DNA from: Deltaproteobacteria bacterium
Lineage (GTDB): Bacteria > Myxococcota_A > Polyangia > Nannocystales > Nannocystaceae
DNA length: 64,000 bases
Assembly: GCA_016712475.1 (NCBI GenBank)
Contig: JADJRA010000001.1
Coordinates: 1,733,414 to 1,797,413 of the forward strand
Reading direction: 5' to 3'
Below the pieces are notes generated by a model. That model was given only the letters and a program-made list of their open reading frames with translations, did not search any database and was not told the origin of the DNA. This document shows, in pieces, positions 1-9,844 of this stretch. Every line of letters begins with the position of its first letter. Positions within the stretch are counted from its first letter, which is position 1. A program made the translations under genes and the position numbers.

Positions 1-6
1 TGCGCA

Positions 7-1221
7 TCAGTGACGACGGCGACGCAGGAGCGCGAGGCCGAACGCACCGAACGCAGCCCACAGCGGGTTACCACCGCCGGAGCTGTTGCAGACGCAGCCA
101 CCGCTGCCGTCGTCCTCGCCGCCGGTGCCCTCGTCGCTGCCACCGCCGGAGTCGTCGCTTCCAGCGGTCGCGCTCGCGGTCGCGGTCGCGCTCGCGCTCG
201 CCGAGGCGTCGCCACCGCTGGTGTCCGCACCCGACGCGCTGGCGCTGCCGCTGTCGGCCGCGGTGGTGCCACCGTCGGAGCCGCTGCTCGTGCCGGGGTC
301 GACCTCGACCGTGCAGTCCGCCGCGCAACCGTCACCGGGATCGGTGTTCATGTCGTCGCACTCTTCGACGCCCTCTTGCACGAGGCCATCGCCACACACC
401 GCCGTGGTGCACGTGCTGGTGCAGGCCGCGGTGTCGGCGTTCATCAGGCCGTCGTCGCACTCCTCGCCCTTGTCCATCAGGCCATTGCCGCAGACGTCGA
501 GCAGACGGAACGTGATGCCCTCGATGCCGAGCTCGTCGCGCGCCGGGCCCGCGCCTCCGGCGTCGTCACCCGACCACGAGATGTAGTAGACGCCGCCGTC
601 GGGGATCGGGGTCTCGGGCGTGATCACCTCGACCACGTCGGTCCCAACGAAGCCGTCGCGGTCGGCCGCCATCGGCGTGACGATGGGCTCGCCGATGGCG
701 GTGTAGGCCATGTTGTCGGCCGAGTGCTCCAGCGACACGGTGCTGCTGCGACCGACGTCGTTGTTGACCCACAGGGTGTACTCGACCTGCACGTCGGTGA
801 TGTCGGCGCCGGTGTTGTTGACGAGGCGCAGCACCACGCGGCCGGGGGTGAAGGCGAGATCGGTGGGCTGGATGCCGAAGGCGATCGTGCCGGCGCCGTC
901 GATGTCGAAGGCCCACACACCGGGATCGTCGACGTTGCCGGTGCTGATGCCGCGCGCGTAGTCGCTGCCTGCGCCGCCGGCCGTGCCGCCGAAGTCGAGC
1001 ACGCTGCTACCGCTGAGCCGCACCGACCAGTCGTCGGAGTCGAGCTGTCCCGCGGCCGGCTCGGGATCGAAGCCGCTGCCGTCGAAGGCCGAGAGGTCGA
1101 TCTGGACCACCGGCGCGAGATCGACATCGGCGAGTGCCGGCTGCGTCGCCAATGCGACACCGACACCAGCGAAGAGCGACAGACCACGGATACGACCCGA
1201 AGTAAGAACTGAAGTACGCAT
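7..1221 (-). CDS. Secreted Cys-rich repeat protein with C-terminal MYXO-CTERM sorting signal
   Basis: ORF 7..1974 (-) trimmed to an in-frame ATG at 1221. This gives a signal peptide MRTSVLTSGRIRGLSLFAGVGVALATQPALA. Myxobacterial Cys-rich repeats are present (CGNG..ECDDG, CGDG..ECDD). The protein ends ...GGCVCNSSGG-NPLWAAFGAFGLALLRRRRH, a MYXO-CTERM-like tail. Stop is TGA at 7-9. Confidence 0.7.
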   Translation of the reverse strand: MRTSVLTSGRIRGLSLFAGVGVALATQPALADVDLAPVVQIDLSAFDGSGFDPEPAAGQLDSDDWSVRLSGSSVLDFGGTAGGAGSDYARGISTGNVDDPGVWAFDIDGAGTIAFGIQPTDLAFTPGRVVLRLVNNTGADITDVQVEYTLWVNNDVGRSSTVSLEHSADNMAYTAIGEPIVTPMAADRDGFVGTDVVEVITPETPIPDGGVYYISWSGDDAGGAGPARDELGIEGITFRLLDVCGNGLMDKGEECDDGLMNADTAACTSTCTTAVCGDGLVQEGVEECDDMNTDPGDGCAADCTVEVDPGTSSGSDGGTTAADSGSASASGADTSGGDASASASATATASATAGSDDSGGGSDEGTGGEDDGSGGCVCNSSGGGNPLWAAFGAFGLALLRRRRH

Positions 1222-1552
1222 CCCCCGAGGGTAGACCGCTTCCAAGGTCACCGCAACGGCAGAAGACCGCGCGGGTCGACGCGGCGGGGCATGGGTCACG
1301 CCCGCCAGCGAGAACGTCAATCGCCAGGAGCGCGATCGATCGCACACCATCGACGGGAGGTTCGGAGGCCCCGCGCTCCGTACGACCCGCGCCGACAGCT
1401 CGCGCGCGCACCATAGGGACGAGCGATCTCGGCACGAACGTGCCGTCGAGCCCGCGCCGCGATCGCTGCGCCGTGCGTCCTCGCTACAGGGCGACCGCCA
1501 GCCCCCGCCAGGGGTGGAACACCGTGTGAATGCGCGTGCGTTAGAGTTCGGC

Positions 1553-2785
1553 ATGCGCCTGCGCTTCGCCGTCACCGCCTTGGTCCTGCTCGGCTGCGAT
1601 CCCACGCCCGCTGCACCGACCCCAGCTGCCGACAGCCGGGCGGGCGCTGCGAAGGCAGAGCCCACTGCGGACGCGCCGACGGACGCGAAGCAGGACGAGA
1701 CCGCCGCGAACACCAAGCCCAAGGCCGCACCCACGCCGCTCACGAGGGAGGCGCGCGCCGAGTACCACCAACACCTCGAGCAGGGCCGCAAGCTCGCGAA
1801 GGCGCAGGAGTGGGCCAAGGCGATCGTCGAGCTCGAAGCTGCACTCGCGGTGATTCCCGGCGACGATCGTGCGCTGGGTGAGCTGTCGTGGGCGGCGTTC
1901 TCCTCGGGCGACCACGCCAAGGCGCGCTCCTCGGCGAAGGCGGCGGTGCTCGCCGCCAGCAACCCGAAGATCAAAGGCGCGTCGCTCTACAACCTCGGCC
2001 GTGCCGAGGAGGCACTCGGCGAGCTGGCCGCGGCGAAGTCCGCGTACGAGCAGTCGATCGCGGCGCGCCCGAACGAGGTCGTGCGCAAGCGACTCGCCGA
2101 CCTCGCCACCCGCGTGCCCGCGATCGCCGAGCCGCTGCCGTGCACCAAGCCCAGCGACGCGACGAAGGTCTGCGAGTGTCTGCGAGCGACGCTGCCAGCG
2201 GACACCTTCGCACCCGAGAACCAGCCCGCGGCGTGCGAGCTCACGGCCACCGGCGTCGACGGCTTCTCGTTCGCGAGGTTCGCGACCTCGCCCATCGGTG
2301 AAGAGAACGTGGTGTTGGTTGCGCGCGGGCCAGAGGGATGGGCCGTGGTCGCGCAGCTCGACTACGTCTACAACCCCGGCGCCTTCGGGATCTACGAGGA
2401 GTGGGAGCTCGCGGCTGCCAAAGAGCGCACGATTGGCACCCACGCCGTCGTCGAGTTCACCAGCCACAAGACGCGCTCCGACAGCGACATGGGCGTCGAT
2501 GAAGCGGAATCGGAGACCACCGACAGGCTGATCGTGTGCGACCGCGGGGTCGGCAGGTCACTGCCGCGCTGTCCGCTCCAGATCGTGACCTCGTACGAGT
2601 ACGAGCGCGACCGCATGGGCCTCGCCGAGGATGGCGACCTCGCGAAGGACATTCAGACGCCGGGGCTGCCCATCCACAAGACCAGCAAGATCGCCGTCAC
2701 GATCGGCGAGGATGGCATCGCGAAGCTCCGGGCCGAGACCGGCAGCGTCGAACCAGAGCAGCTGGGCGATCGCAAGCTGTGGTGA
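1553..2785 (+). CDS. TPR-repeat lipoprotein
   Basis: ATG at 1553 gives MRLRFAVTALVLLGCD (lipobox LLGC). The body has TPR-like helical repeats (KAIVELEAALAVIPGDDRALGELSWAAF...). High GC3. Confidence 0.6.
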   Translation: MRLRFAVTALVLLGCDPTPAAPTPAADSRAGAAKAEPTADAPTDAKQDETAANTKPKAAPTPLTREARAEYHQHLEQGRKLAKAQEWAKAIVELEAALAVIPGDDRALGELSWAAFSSGDHAKARSSAKAAVLAASNPKIKGASLYNLGRAEEALGELAAAKSAYEQSIAARPNEVVRKRLADLATRVPAIAEPLPCTKPSDATKVCECLRATLPADTFAPENQPAACELTATGVDGFSFARFATSPIGEENVVLVARGPEGWAVVAQLDYVYNPGAFGIYEEWELAAAKERTIGTHAVVEFTSHKTRSDSDMGVDEAESETTDRLIVCDRGVGRSLPRCPLQIVTSYEYERDRMGLAEDGDLAKDIQTPGLPIHKTSKIAVTIGEDGIAKLRAETGSVEPEQLGDRKLW

Positions 2786-2831
2786 CGACGACGATGTGGC
2801 GGGGTCGTGGCGCCGCCGGCTCGCGCGCGGC

Positions 2832-5510
2832 TCACGGCGCGGGCAGCTCGGCGATCCGCCGATCGAGGCGCTCGAGGCGAGCCGGGTCCGGCTCGGGCGC
2901 CGCCGCGGCGATCGCCCGCGCACGCACCAGCACACGCCGACGCTCGTCCTGCTGCGACGGGAGCACGAGCACGTCGGACAGCGCCACCAGCGTACCGACC
3001 AGCTCGGGATACTCGAGTCCGTAGGCGCGCTCCTGCACCGCGATCGCACGCCGGAGCGCACGCTCGGCCGCCACGGGCTCGTGCAGCTCCGTCAGCGCCA
3101 GGCCGAGGTCGTGCAGCGGCATGATGAGCTCGGGGTGCTCGGGCCCGAAGTGGCGCTCGAAGATCGCGACCGCGCGCTCGAGCTGCGGCCGCGCGAGCTC
3201 GGGGTGGCCCTCCTGCGCGTGGGTCAGCGCGATGTGGGCCAGCACGCTGGCGACCTCGGGATGATCGGGGCCGTAGGCCGCCTCGAGGTTGGCCATGGCG
3301 CGCTCGTACCACAGCCGCGCGGTCGCGGGCTCGTCGCGGGCCCACCACACGTTGCCGATGTTGGACTGTAGATCGCCGACCGTCGGATGGTGCGGCCCGT
3401 ACAGTCGCTCGAAGCTGGCGGCGGCCTCTTCGTAGAGCGGCATCGCAGCGTCGACATCGTCGCGCAGGAACGTGAGGTTGGCGAGCGCGGTCGTCACCAA
3501 CGCCCGCTCGCGATCATCGGGCTGCAGCTGCGCGGCGGCCTCGCGGGCGCGCTCGAACGACGACGCCGCGCCGTCGAAGTCGCGCTGCTCCAGACGCATC
3601 GCGCCATGCGCGACGAACAGCTTCACGGTGAGCGCCGGCGCGGCGCCGTGGCGATCGAGCAACGCCGACGCCAGCGCGAACCACCGCTCACCCTCGGGAA
3701 CCCGCGCATCGACGTAGCCGACCTGTCGCAGCAGATCGATCGCGATGGTCGCCGCCAGCCGATCGTCACCCCCGCGCAGCGCCGTCCACAGCGCCTCCTC
3801 GAGCGCGGCCTCGCCGTCGTCGCCACCATCCTTGGTCGCGAGCTGACCGTGGATGTGCAGCGTCTCGGCCAGCAGCGGCGGATAGCCGAGCGTGCGCGCC
3901 TGCGGGAGCATCGTCGCGAGCTGCTCGGCGGCGTCGCGGGGGTGACCCGAGATGTCGGCGGCGTGGACCTGCGCGAGCTGGGCCTGCAGCGACTCGATCG
4001 CCTGGCGTCGCTCGGGCTCGGTGGGCAGCGGCGTGCGCTGGCCGAGGGTGGCGGTCTCGCTGCAGGCGTCGAGCGCAGGCAATCGTCCGACCGCCGTCAC
4101 CGACTCGCGCACGGTGATGACGTCCGCCGCGGCCATGCGCGCGACCAGGGCGTCGAACGACTGCTGCGCGCGCGCGAGGCACTGCATGCGCTCGTCGAGC
4201 ACCTGCTCGGACTGCACGCCATCGATCGACGTGGCGCGGCACGCCTGGCCGTGCGCCTCGACCCACGCACCGGCGTAGCCTTCGAGCAGCGAAGTCGTGT
4301 GGCGCAGGGCGTCCGCGGCATACGGCGCGTCGACACCCTCGAACGCGTGACGCAACGCGTCGCGCGTGGCGTCGTTCCAGCTGGGGGCGAATGCCGCTGC
4401 GGCGCCCCTGCACGGTGTTGGCGATGCGGTCGCGCGCGCGGTGAACCACGCCGCGCCGCCGGTCGCACCGAGGGCGACGGCCGCGATCGCGAAGCGACGC
4501 CGCCGTGCTCTCGGATCGCGCGAGAGGCGGTCGAGCAGCGCCGACAGCGACGGGTGACGCTCGTCGACGCGCTTGGCGAGCCCCCGACGCAGCAGCGGCC
4601 ACACCCACCGCGGCACGCGACCATCGGCCGGCGGGGGCTCGGGCTCGCGCTCGCACACCGCGATGACCAGGGCCGTCAGCGAGGCCGCGCGGAACGGACG
4701 CACGCCATAGAGCGCCTCGTAGAGCGCGACGCAGAACGCAAACTGGTCGGCGGCCGGGCCCGGCTCTCCACCGAGATGTTGCTCCGGCGCCATGTAGGCC
4801 GGCGTGCCCGCGCGTCCATCATGCACGCTGGTCTCGCCGCTGCCTCGAGCACCGGCGTCGGTGGGCGGGACCTCGTCGGTCGGCTCCATTCCCGACGAGC
4901 GATCGAGCACGCGGGCGAGCCCGAAGTCACCGACCCGCGCCCGTCCATCGCGCCCGATGAGCACGTTGTCGGGCTTGAAGTCGCCGTGCACGATGCCGGC
5001 GTCGTGGGCTGCGACCAGACCGCGCCCGGCGTCGAGGTACATCGCGACGATCTCCGACCACGTGCGCTCCGGCGCGCGCTGCCACTGCGTCAGCGTGCCG
5101 CCGTCGATCTGTTCCATCGCCACGAAGACGCGGCCACCGATGGTGCCGACGTCGTGCACCGTCACGACGTTGGGCGAGGTGAGCCGCGCCATGGCCTGGG
5201 CCTCGCGCAGCAGTCGGCGGCCGCCGGCCGCTCCCGCACCCCCGCGCGCATGCAACAGCTTGAGCGCGACGGCGCGGTCGAGCTCGGGGTCGAACGCCGA
5301 GTACACCACGCCCATCGCGCCGACACCGAGCGTGCCGTGCACGACGTAGCGACCGAGCTGGCCGTGCAGCTCACCCGACGCGGCAGGCCCACGCTCGCCG
5401 CGCGCGGTCGCGTGCTCGTCGCTGGCGTGCGTCTCCTCGAGACTTCGCGGATCGGATCGCACGTCATCACGCGCGTCCCCGCCCTCGCCGTCCGTGCCGC
5501 CCACGCGCAT
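2832..5510 (-). CDS. Ser/Thr protein kinase with C-terminal TPR repeats
   Basis: Gly-loop LGVGAMGVVYSAFD, VALKLL, HGDFKPDNVLI, DFGLAR, APE motifs. The C-terminal ~500 aa is TPR-like (LARLTSPN... repeated Y..A...E). Confidence 0.85.
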   Translation of the reverse strand: MRVGGTDGEGGDARDDVRSDPRSLEETHASDEHATARGERGPAASGELHGQLGRYVVHGTLGVGAMGVVYSAFDPELDRAVALKLLHARGGAGAAGGRRLLREAQAMARLTSPNVVTVHDVGTIGGRVFVAMEQIDGGTLTQWQRAPERTWSEIVAMYLDAGRGLVAAHDAGIVHGDFKPDNVLIGRDGRARVGDFGLARVLDRSSGMEPTDEVPPTDAGARGSGETSVHDGRAGTPAYMAPEQHLGGEPGPAADQFAFCVALYEALYGVRPFRAASLTALVIAVCEREPEPPPADGRVPRWVWPLLRRGLAKRVDERHPSLSALLDRLSRDPRARRRRFAIAAVALGATGGAAWFTARATASPTPCRGAAAAFAPSWNDATRDALRHAFEGVDAPYAADALRHTTSLLEGYAGAWVEAHGQACRATSIDGVQSEQVLDERMQCLARAQQSFDALVARMAAADVITVRESVTAVGRLPALDACSETATLGQRTPLPTEPERRQAIESLQAQLAQVHAADISGHPRDAAEQLATMLPQARTLGYPPLLAETLHIHGQLATKDGGDDGEAALEEALWTALRGGDDRLAATIAIDLLRQVGYVDARVPEGERWFALASALLDRHGAAPALTVKLFVAHGAMRLEQRDFDGAASSFERAREAAAQLQPDDRERALVTTALANLTFLRDDVDAAMPLYEEAAASFERLYGPHHPTVGDLQSNIGNVWWARDEPATARLWYERAMANLEAAYGPDHPEVASVLAHIALTHAQEGHPELARPQLERAVAIFERHFGPEHPELIMPLHDLGLALTELHEPVAAERALRRAIAVQERAYGLEYPELVGTLVALSDVLVLPSQQDERRRVLVRARAIAAAAPEPDPARLERLDRRIAELPAP

Positions 5511-5600
5511 AGCATGCTACGCGAAGACGCGGCCAGCCGGGCACGCGTCCGCGCACGTGCCCGCGCCCGCGCACGTGCACGTGCTAGCCTCCCGCGCCCG

Positions 5601-6779
5601 ATGGACCTCGTCGCACCGCAGCCCCGCGCGATGTGTCTGCGCTGCCGCCGGCCGCAGGTGGTCTGCTGGTGCCGGTTCATCACGCCGATCCCCACGCGCA
5701 CGCGCGTGGTGTTGGTGCAGCACTCGCGCGAGCGCGACGTCGCGATCGGCACCGCACGCATGGCGAGTCTCTCGCTGCCGAACTCCGAGCTGCACGTCGG
5801 TGTCGACTTCACCGACGACCCCGCGCTCGCGCGCGCGCTCGGCGATCCCACGCGACCACCGATCCTGCTCTACCCCGGCCGCGACAGCATCGACGTGGTA
5901 CAGCAACCGCCGACGGGGCCGGTCACGCTGGTGGTGGTCGACGGCACCTGGTCGCAGGCCAAGACGCTAATCCGCGACAACCCGCAGCTGGCGTCCCTGC
6001 CCCGCTACGGCTTCGTGCCGCCCAAGCCCAGCGAGTACCGCATCCGTCGCGAGCCGCAGGACGAGTTCGTCTCGACCATCGAAGCACTCGTGCACGTGCT
6101 CGGTGCGCTCGAGGGCGCACCGGCGCGGTTCGAGGCCTTGATGACGCCGTTTCGCGCGATGGTCGACATGCAGCTCGAGCACATCGGTCGGGTCCATGCT
6201 GGCCGTCGCAAGCTGCGGCGTCGACCCACGCGGCCGTCGCCGCGCGGCCCCGCGATCCTGCGCGAGCGCGCGACGGATCTACTGTGCATCGTCGGGGAGT
6301 CGAACGCGTGGCCCCACGGTCACGCGCTGCGCCCCCGCGGCAGCATCGGCGAGCTGGTGCACTGGGTCGCGTGGCGCCCCGCGACCGACGAGCGCTTCGA
6401 GGCGGTGCTCGCCCCCCGCGGACCGCTGGCGCCCAACACCCCCAGCTACCTCGAGCTGTCGCAAGCCGCGATCGAGGGCGGCGAGTCGGTCGAGTCCTTC
6501 GTCGCACGCTGGCGGGACTTCGTACGCGAGCACGACGTCGTGTGCAGCTGGGGCAGCCACGGCATGCGATTGCTGCGACCGACCGGCGGCATCTGGCCCG
6601 ACCCCCACGTCGATCTTCGTCGCGTGCACGGCACCCTCACGCAGCGACGCGCGGGCAGCCTCGAACGCGACGCGACCGCGCTCGCACTGCCGGAGATCGC
6701 GTCGCCCGCCCACGGTCGCGCGGGGCGACGCCTCGCGCTACTGGCCGCGGTGGTGCGCCACTACGCCGAACGCTGCTGA
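5601..6779 (+). CDS. DTW-domain protein (tRNA aminocarboxypropyltransferase TapT/TuaA-like) with ~190-aa C-terminal extension
   Basis: ATG at 5601. N-terminal CLRCRRPQVVCWC and VVVDGTWSQAK (DTW motif). The C-terminal half (ILRERATDLLCIVGESNAWPHGH...VVCSWGSHGMRLL) has no recognisable motifs; possibly a degenerate DEDD/RNase H-like fold. Confidence 0.7.
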   Translation: MDLVAPQPRAMCLRCRRPQVVCWCRFITPIPTRTRVVLVQHSRERDVAIGTARMASLSLPNSELHVGVDFTDDPALARALGDPTRPPILLYPGRDSIDVVQQPPTGPVTLVVVDGTWSQAKTLIRDNPQLASLPRYGFVPPKPSEYRIRREPQDEFVSTIEALVHVLGALEGAPARFEALMTPFRAMVDMQLEHIGRVHAGRRKLRRRPTRPSPRGPAILRERATDLLCIVGESNAWPHGHALRPRGSIGELVHWVAWRPATDERFEAVLAPRGPLAPNTPSYLELSQAAIEGGESVESFVARWRDFVREHDVVCSWGSHGMRLLRPTGGIWPDPHVDLRRVHGTLTQRRAGSLERDATALALPEIASPAHGRAGRRLALLAAVVRHYAERC

Positions 6780-6964
6780 CGAGCTGGGGCGAACACGCTG
6801 CCGCGCGCGGCAACCGAATCGTGGCGGCGGGCGTCGCGTCCGCGAGCGCCCATCCCGAACGCCTTGACGCAACCGCCACGCCGTGGCTCGCTACGAAGCG
6901 AAGGCGCGCCAGGAGGTCTCCCGTCATGCACGAACCGTCGGACGGCCGGGAGCATCGATCGCGA

Positions 6965-7531
6965 ATGAGACGGACGACGAAACTGCGGGCGAGCCCATGG
7001 CTCATGCGGATCCCGCTGCTGGCCGCGTGCGCCGGTCACCGCGAAGTCCCTTCCTCCGCACCACCCGAGGTCGTGCGGGTCGAACTGCCCGCGACCGTGT
7101 CGCTGCCCGACGAGCCTCATGCCTCTGCGACGACGGGCGCGGAGGCCGGAGCGACACCGGAACCATTCGTCGCTGTCCGCGATCCGCAGTGCAAGGTCGA
7201 CGCGGACTGCATTCCGGTGGGCGAGGTCCATCCCTACATCTGCGGGGTCGAGCGCGAGCCCGAGATGATGTGGCCGGTCGACATGCTCGTTCGAGGGACG
7301 CTCGACTACAATGTCCCGGGTACCGGCTGCCTGTGCATCCAACGGCAGTGTGCGATTCGGGTGAACACTTGCGAGCTACTCATCGGCAGGAAGACCCCGA
7401 ACTGGGACCTGCCGGTGCGTCGCTGGTGTAACGGCGACAAGCCGGGGCCGCGTCTCAATCGAGGCCTGGACCCACCGCAGGAGGCCCACCCGAAGGGCAC
7501 TGGTCAAAGCGATGCGGGCTCCAAACGCTGA
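6965..7531 (+). CDS. Small Cys-rich lipoprotein (hypothetical)
   Basis: In-frame ATGs at 6965 and 7004. MRIPLLAACAGH has lipobox LAAC. Eight Cys in the mature part. Moderate-to-high GC3. Lies between convergent neighbours. Confidence 0.4.
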   Translation: MRRTTKLRASPWLMRIPLLAACAGHREVPSSAPPEVVRVELPATVSLPDEPHASATTGAEAGATPEPFVAVRDPQCKVDADCIPVGEVHPYICGVEREPEMMWPVDMLVRGTLDYNVPGTGCLCIQRQCAIRVNTCELLIGRKTPNWDLPVRRWCNGDKPGPRLNRGLDPPQEAHPKGTGQSDAGSKR

Positions 7532-7568
7532 GATTCCCGCCATTCGGCCCCACGCGACCGCGACCGGC

Positions 7569-8480
7569 TCACATCAACACGCCGTCGTCGTCGGGCGTCG
7601 GCGGCTCGGGGGCATCGGAGTCGCCGAGTCGATTGCACAGCTCGATCTCGATGTTGGTCGCGATCGCGTTCAGCGGAAGGGCGGCGGGGGCCATCGAGAA
7701 CGGGTCCTCGAGCATGGTCCCGACCTGGTCGATCACGCGGAACGCGAAGCAGACGAGCACCGCGATCGGGACTGCGAACCATCCAGCTTCCTCGACGATG
7801 CCCATCGGCAGTAGCACCGCGAACGCGGCGATGAGCAGCGACGCGACGAACTCGTAGGTCTGCGGGAACGGGGTCTTCTTGATGCGCTCGCAGCCGCCCT
7901 GGACGTCGAGCAGCGTGGCGATCGAGCTGTCGAGGGACTGCAGCGCGCGGGCGTCGAGGTGGCCGGCGCGGCACAGGCGTGCGAGGTCGCGGAGCTGGCG
8001 GTTCAGCAGCGCAGCGTTGACGTTGGGTTCGTCGGTCATTCGCCCGAGCTCGCTCGGCTCGACGTAGCTCGCGACCTCGGGGTCACGCGTGGCGTCCTGC
8101 TCGCGCAGGGAGCAGCGCAGCGCGTGCACGTAGGCGATGTGGCGACGCACGATGCGTTGCAGGATCGGTCGCAGTCGATCGGCGGGTCCCACCGGGTAGC
8201 CCAGCACCTGAATCCCGAACATGCGCGAGGTGTTGACCAGCTGACCCCACAACTTCCGGCCTTCCCACCAGCGGTCGTAACAGGAGTTGGTGCGGAAGCT
8301 GACGAAGATCCCGATCGCTGCACCGATGACCGTGAGCGGCACCGCCGGCAGATCGACCCATGTCGCGGTGAGCACATCCTCGAGGAACACCACGATGCCG
8401 GCGCACGCGGCATACAGCGCCAGGGCGCGCCACTGCCACACGACGAGCGTGGACACGGATCGGTGGTAGTCGACGAACAT
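7569..8480 (-). CDS. Bestrophin-like anion channel (UPF0187/YneE family)
   Basis: ORF trimmed to ATG at 8480 (MFVDYHRSV...). TM helices plus the signature SCYDRWWEGRKLWG. 303 aa, typical for bacterial bestrophins. Confidence 0.75.
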   Translation of the reverse strand: MFVDYHRSVSTLVVWQWRALALYAACAGIVVFLEDVLTATWVDLPAVPLTVIGAAIGIFVSFRTNSCYDRWWEGRKLWGQLVNTSRMFGIQVLGYPVGPADRLRPILQRIVRRHIAYVHALRCSLREQDATRDPEVASYVEPSELGRMTDEPNVNAALLNRQLRDLARLCRAGHLDARALQSLDSSIATLLDVQGGCERIKKTPFPQTYEFVASLLIAAFAVLLPMGIVEEAGWFAVPIAVLVCFAFRVIDQVGTMLEDPFSMAPAALPLNAIATNIEIELCNRLGDSDAPEPPTPDDDGVLM

Positions 8481-8940
8481 CGAAGGCGGCGGCGGGGATC
8501 CACGGCTGCACGCGTGGTGCCATGGCTGGCGTCGTGCAGGCGTGGGCAAGGACCCGCACCGACCGCGCGCATCAGCGCCCTGCATCCCATGGGCACGTGC
8601 GCCAGCGCCCGCACGGGCGCCGGTGGTGCCCGCGTTCGGCCGCCAGCTCGTCGGGCGCGTCAGCATCCGCGCCGCCGCATCGTCGAAGCCGCTGCAGTCC
8701 ACCGTCGGTGGGCCGAGGTTCCGGCGGCTGGCATCCGCGGCGCGTGTGGGCCGAGGTGCACCGGGGCGCTCGGGCGGCAGCGTCTTCGATCGCGTCAGCG
8801 TCTTGTCGAATCCGTCGCGCGGGCCGCAGTTCGGGCGTCAACGTCCCGACATGGTCCATGCGGCCGAATTGCCACCGCGTCGAGATCGCATCGCTTTGTC
8901 ACGCGGCACCACGGTTGCTCCTTCTACGGGGCAACCCGCC

Positions 8941-9216
8941 ATGACCGCCGCCGACGTCACCGTTTCCACGCCTGTCTTCTTCGACCTCGAGGCGAACCTG
9001 TTCGGCCATGACCCGGATCGGGCCACCGACGTCGCCCATGCCTTCGTGCGACAGGCGGTGCGCCCCGGACGTCCGCTGCGGCGCGTCACCAGCTCGGACG
9101 TGCCGTGCCTGCCCGACGTCGGCGTCGGCGGCTACGCGCGCCACAGCGGCGAGACCACGGTGGTGCGCAGCAGTGGGCTCGCGCTGGTGCTGGCGCAGCG
9201 TGCCCGCGCGGCATGA
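8941..9216 (+). CDS. Hypothetical small protein (91 aa)
   Basis: ATG at 8941 (MTAADVTVSTPVFFDLEANLFGHDPDR...). Very strong third-position GC bias in this frame only. No recognisable domain. Confidence 0.35.
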   Translation: MTAADVTVSTPVFFDLEANLFGHDPDRATDVAHAFVRQAVRPGRPLRRVTSSDVPCLPDVGVGGYARHSGETTVVRSSGLALVLAQRARAA

Positions 9217-9219
9217 AGG

Positions 9220-9657
9220 TCACATTCGATCGATGCCGCCCTTGGCGATGATCGCCCCGGCGACATCGAAGAACGACGCGACGCTGTCGCTGTGATCGCC
9301 GCGGATGTGCTTGCCGGCCTTGGTCAACGGGAACGCGGTGATGTCGGCCGCCGGCAGGTGCACGCCGGGTCCACGCTCGGCATCCTCGCGCCACTGGCCG
9401 CCGTAGACCGCGACCATGCACTCGCCGACGAATGCACCGATCGCCAGCGCCATGCGATCGCAATCATCGGCGGACCACAGCGCCCGGTTGGCTTCGATGT
9501 AGCGATCGACCGCGGCGACCCCGGCGTGATCGTACTCGAGTTCGATGCCGACCCGCGCCAGCGTGCGCACGAGACCGTCGGCGTGATCGCGGAGCTGTCG
9601 ACGCACGGCATCCATCGAGGGTGACGGTACCGCGACGGCGTGCGCGAGGGGGCGCAT
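9220..9657 (-). CDS. Hypothetical protein
   Basis: ATG at 9657 (MRPLAHAVAVPSPSMDAVRRQLRDH...); alternative ATG at 9615. Globular-looking composition and high GC3. Confidence 0.5.
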   Translation of the reverse strand: MRPLAHAVAVPSPSMDAVRRQLRDHADGLVRTLARVGIELEYDHAGVAAVDRYIEANRALWSADDCDRMALAIGAFVGECMVAVYGGQWREDAERGPGVHLPAADITAFPLTKAGKHIRGDHSDSVASFFDVAGAIIAKGGIDRM

Positions 9658-9844
9658 CCGTCGATGCCGCCCTCGGTGCTCGGTGCCGAGGGGCGACGTG
9701 GCGTTGCGGCGGCGAGCAGCCCACGTTTCGGACGCGGCCCGCGAGGCCGCCCGCGGACCGCCGCGATTGCGCACGTTCGCGCGAGCGCGTGTAATCCCGG
9801 CGCAGCCGCGACGATGTCTCGTCGGTGGCCCCGACGATCTGAGC

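Noticed and set aside
3387-5600. 5' two-thirds of the 1130-aa plus-strand ORF 3387..6779
   Set aside because: Antisense to the Ser/Thr kinase gene, with Arg/Ala-rich low-complexity translation. Only the portion from the ATG at 5601 (DTW protein) shows protein-like sequence and motifs.
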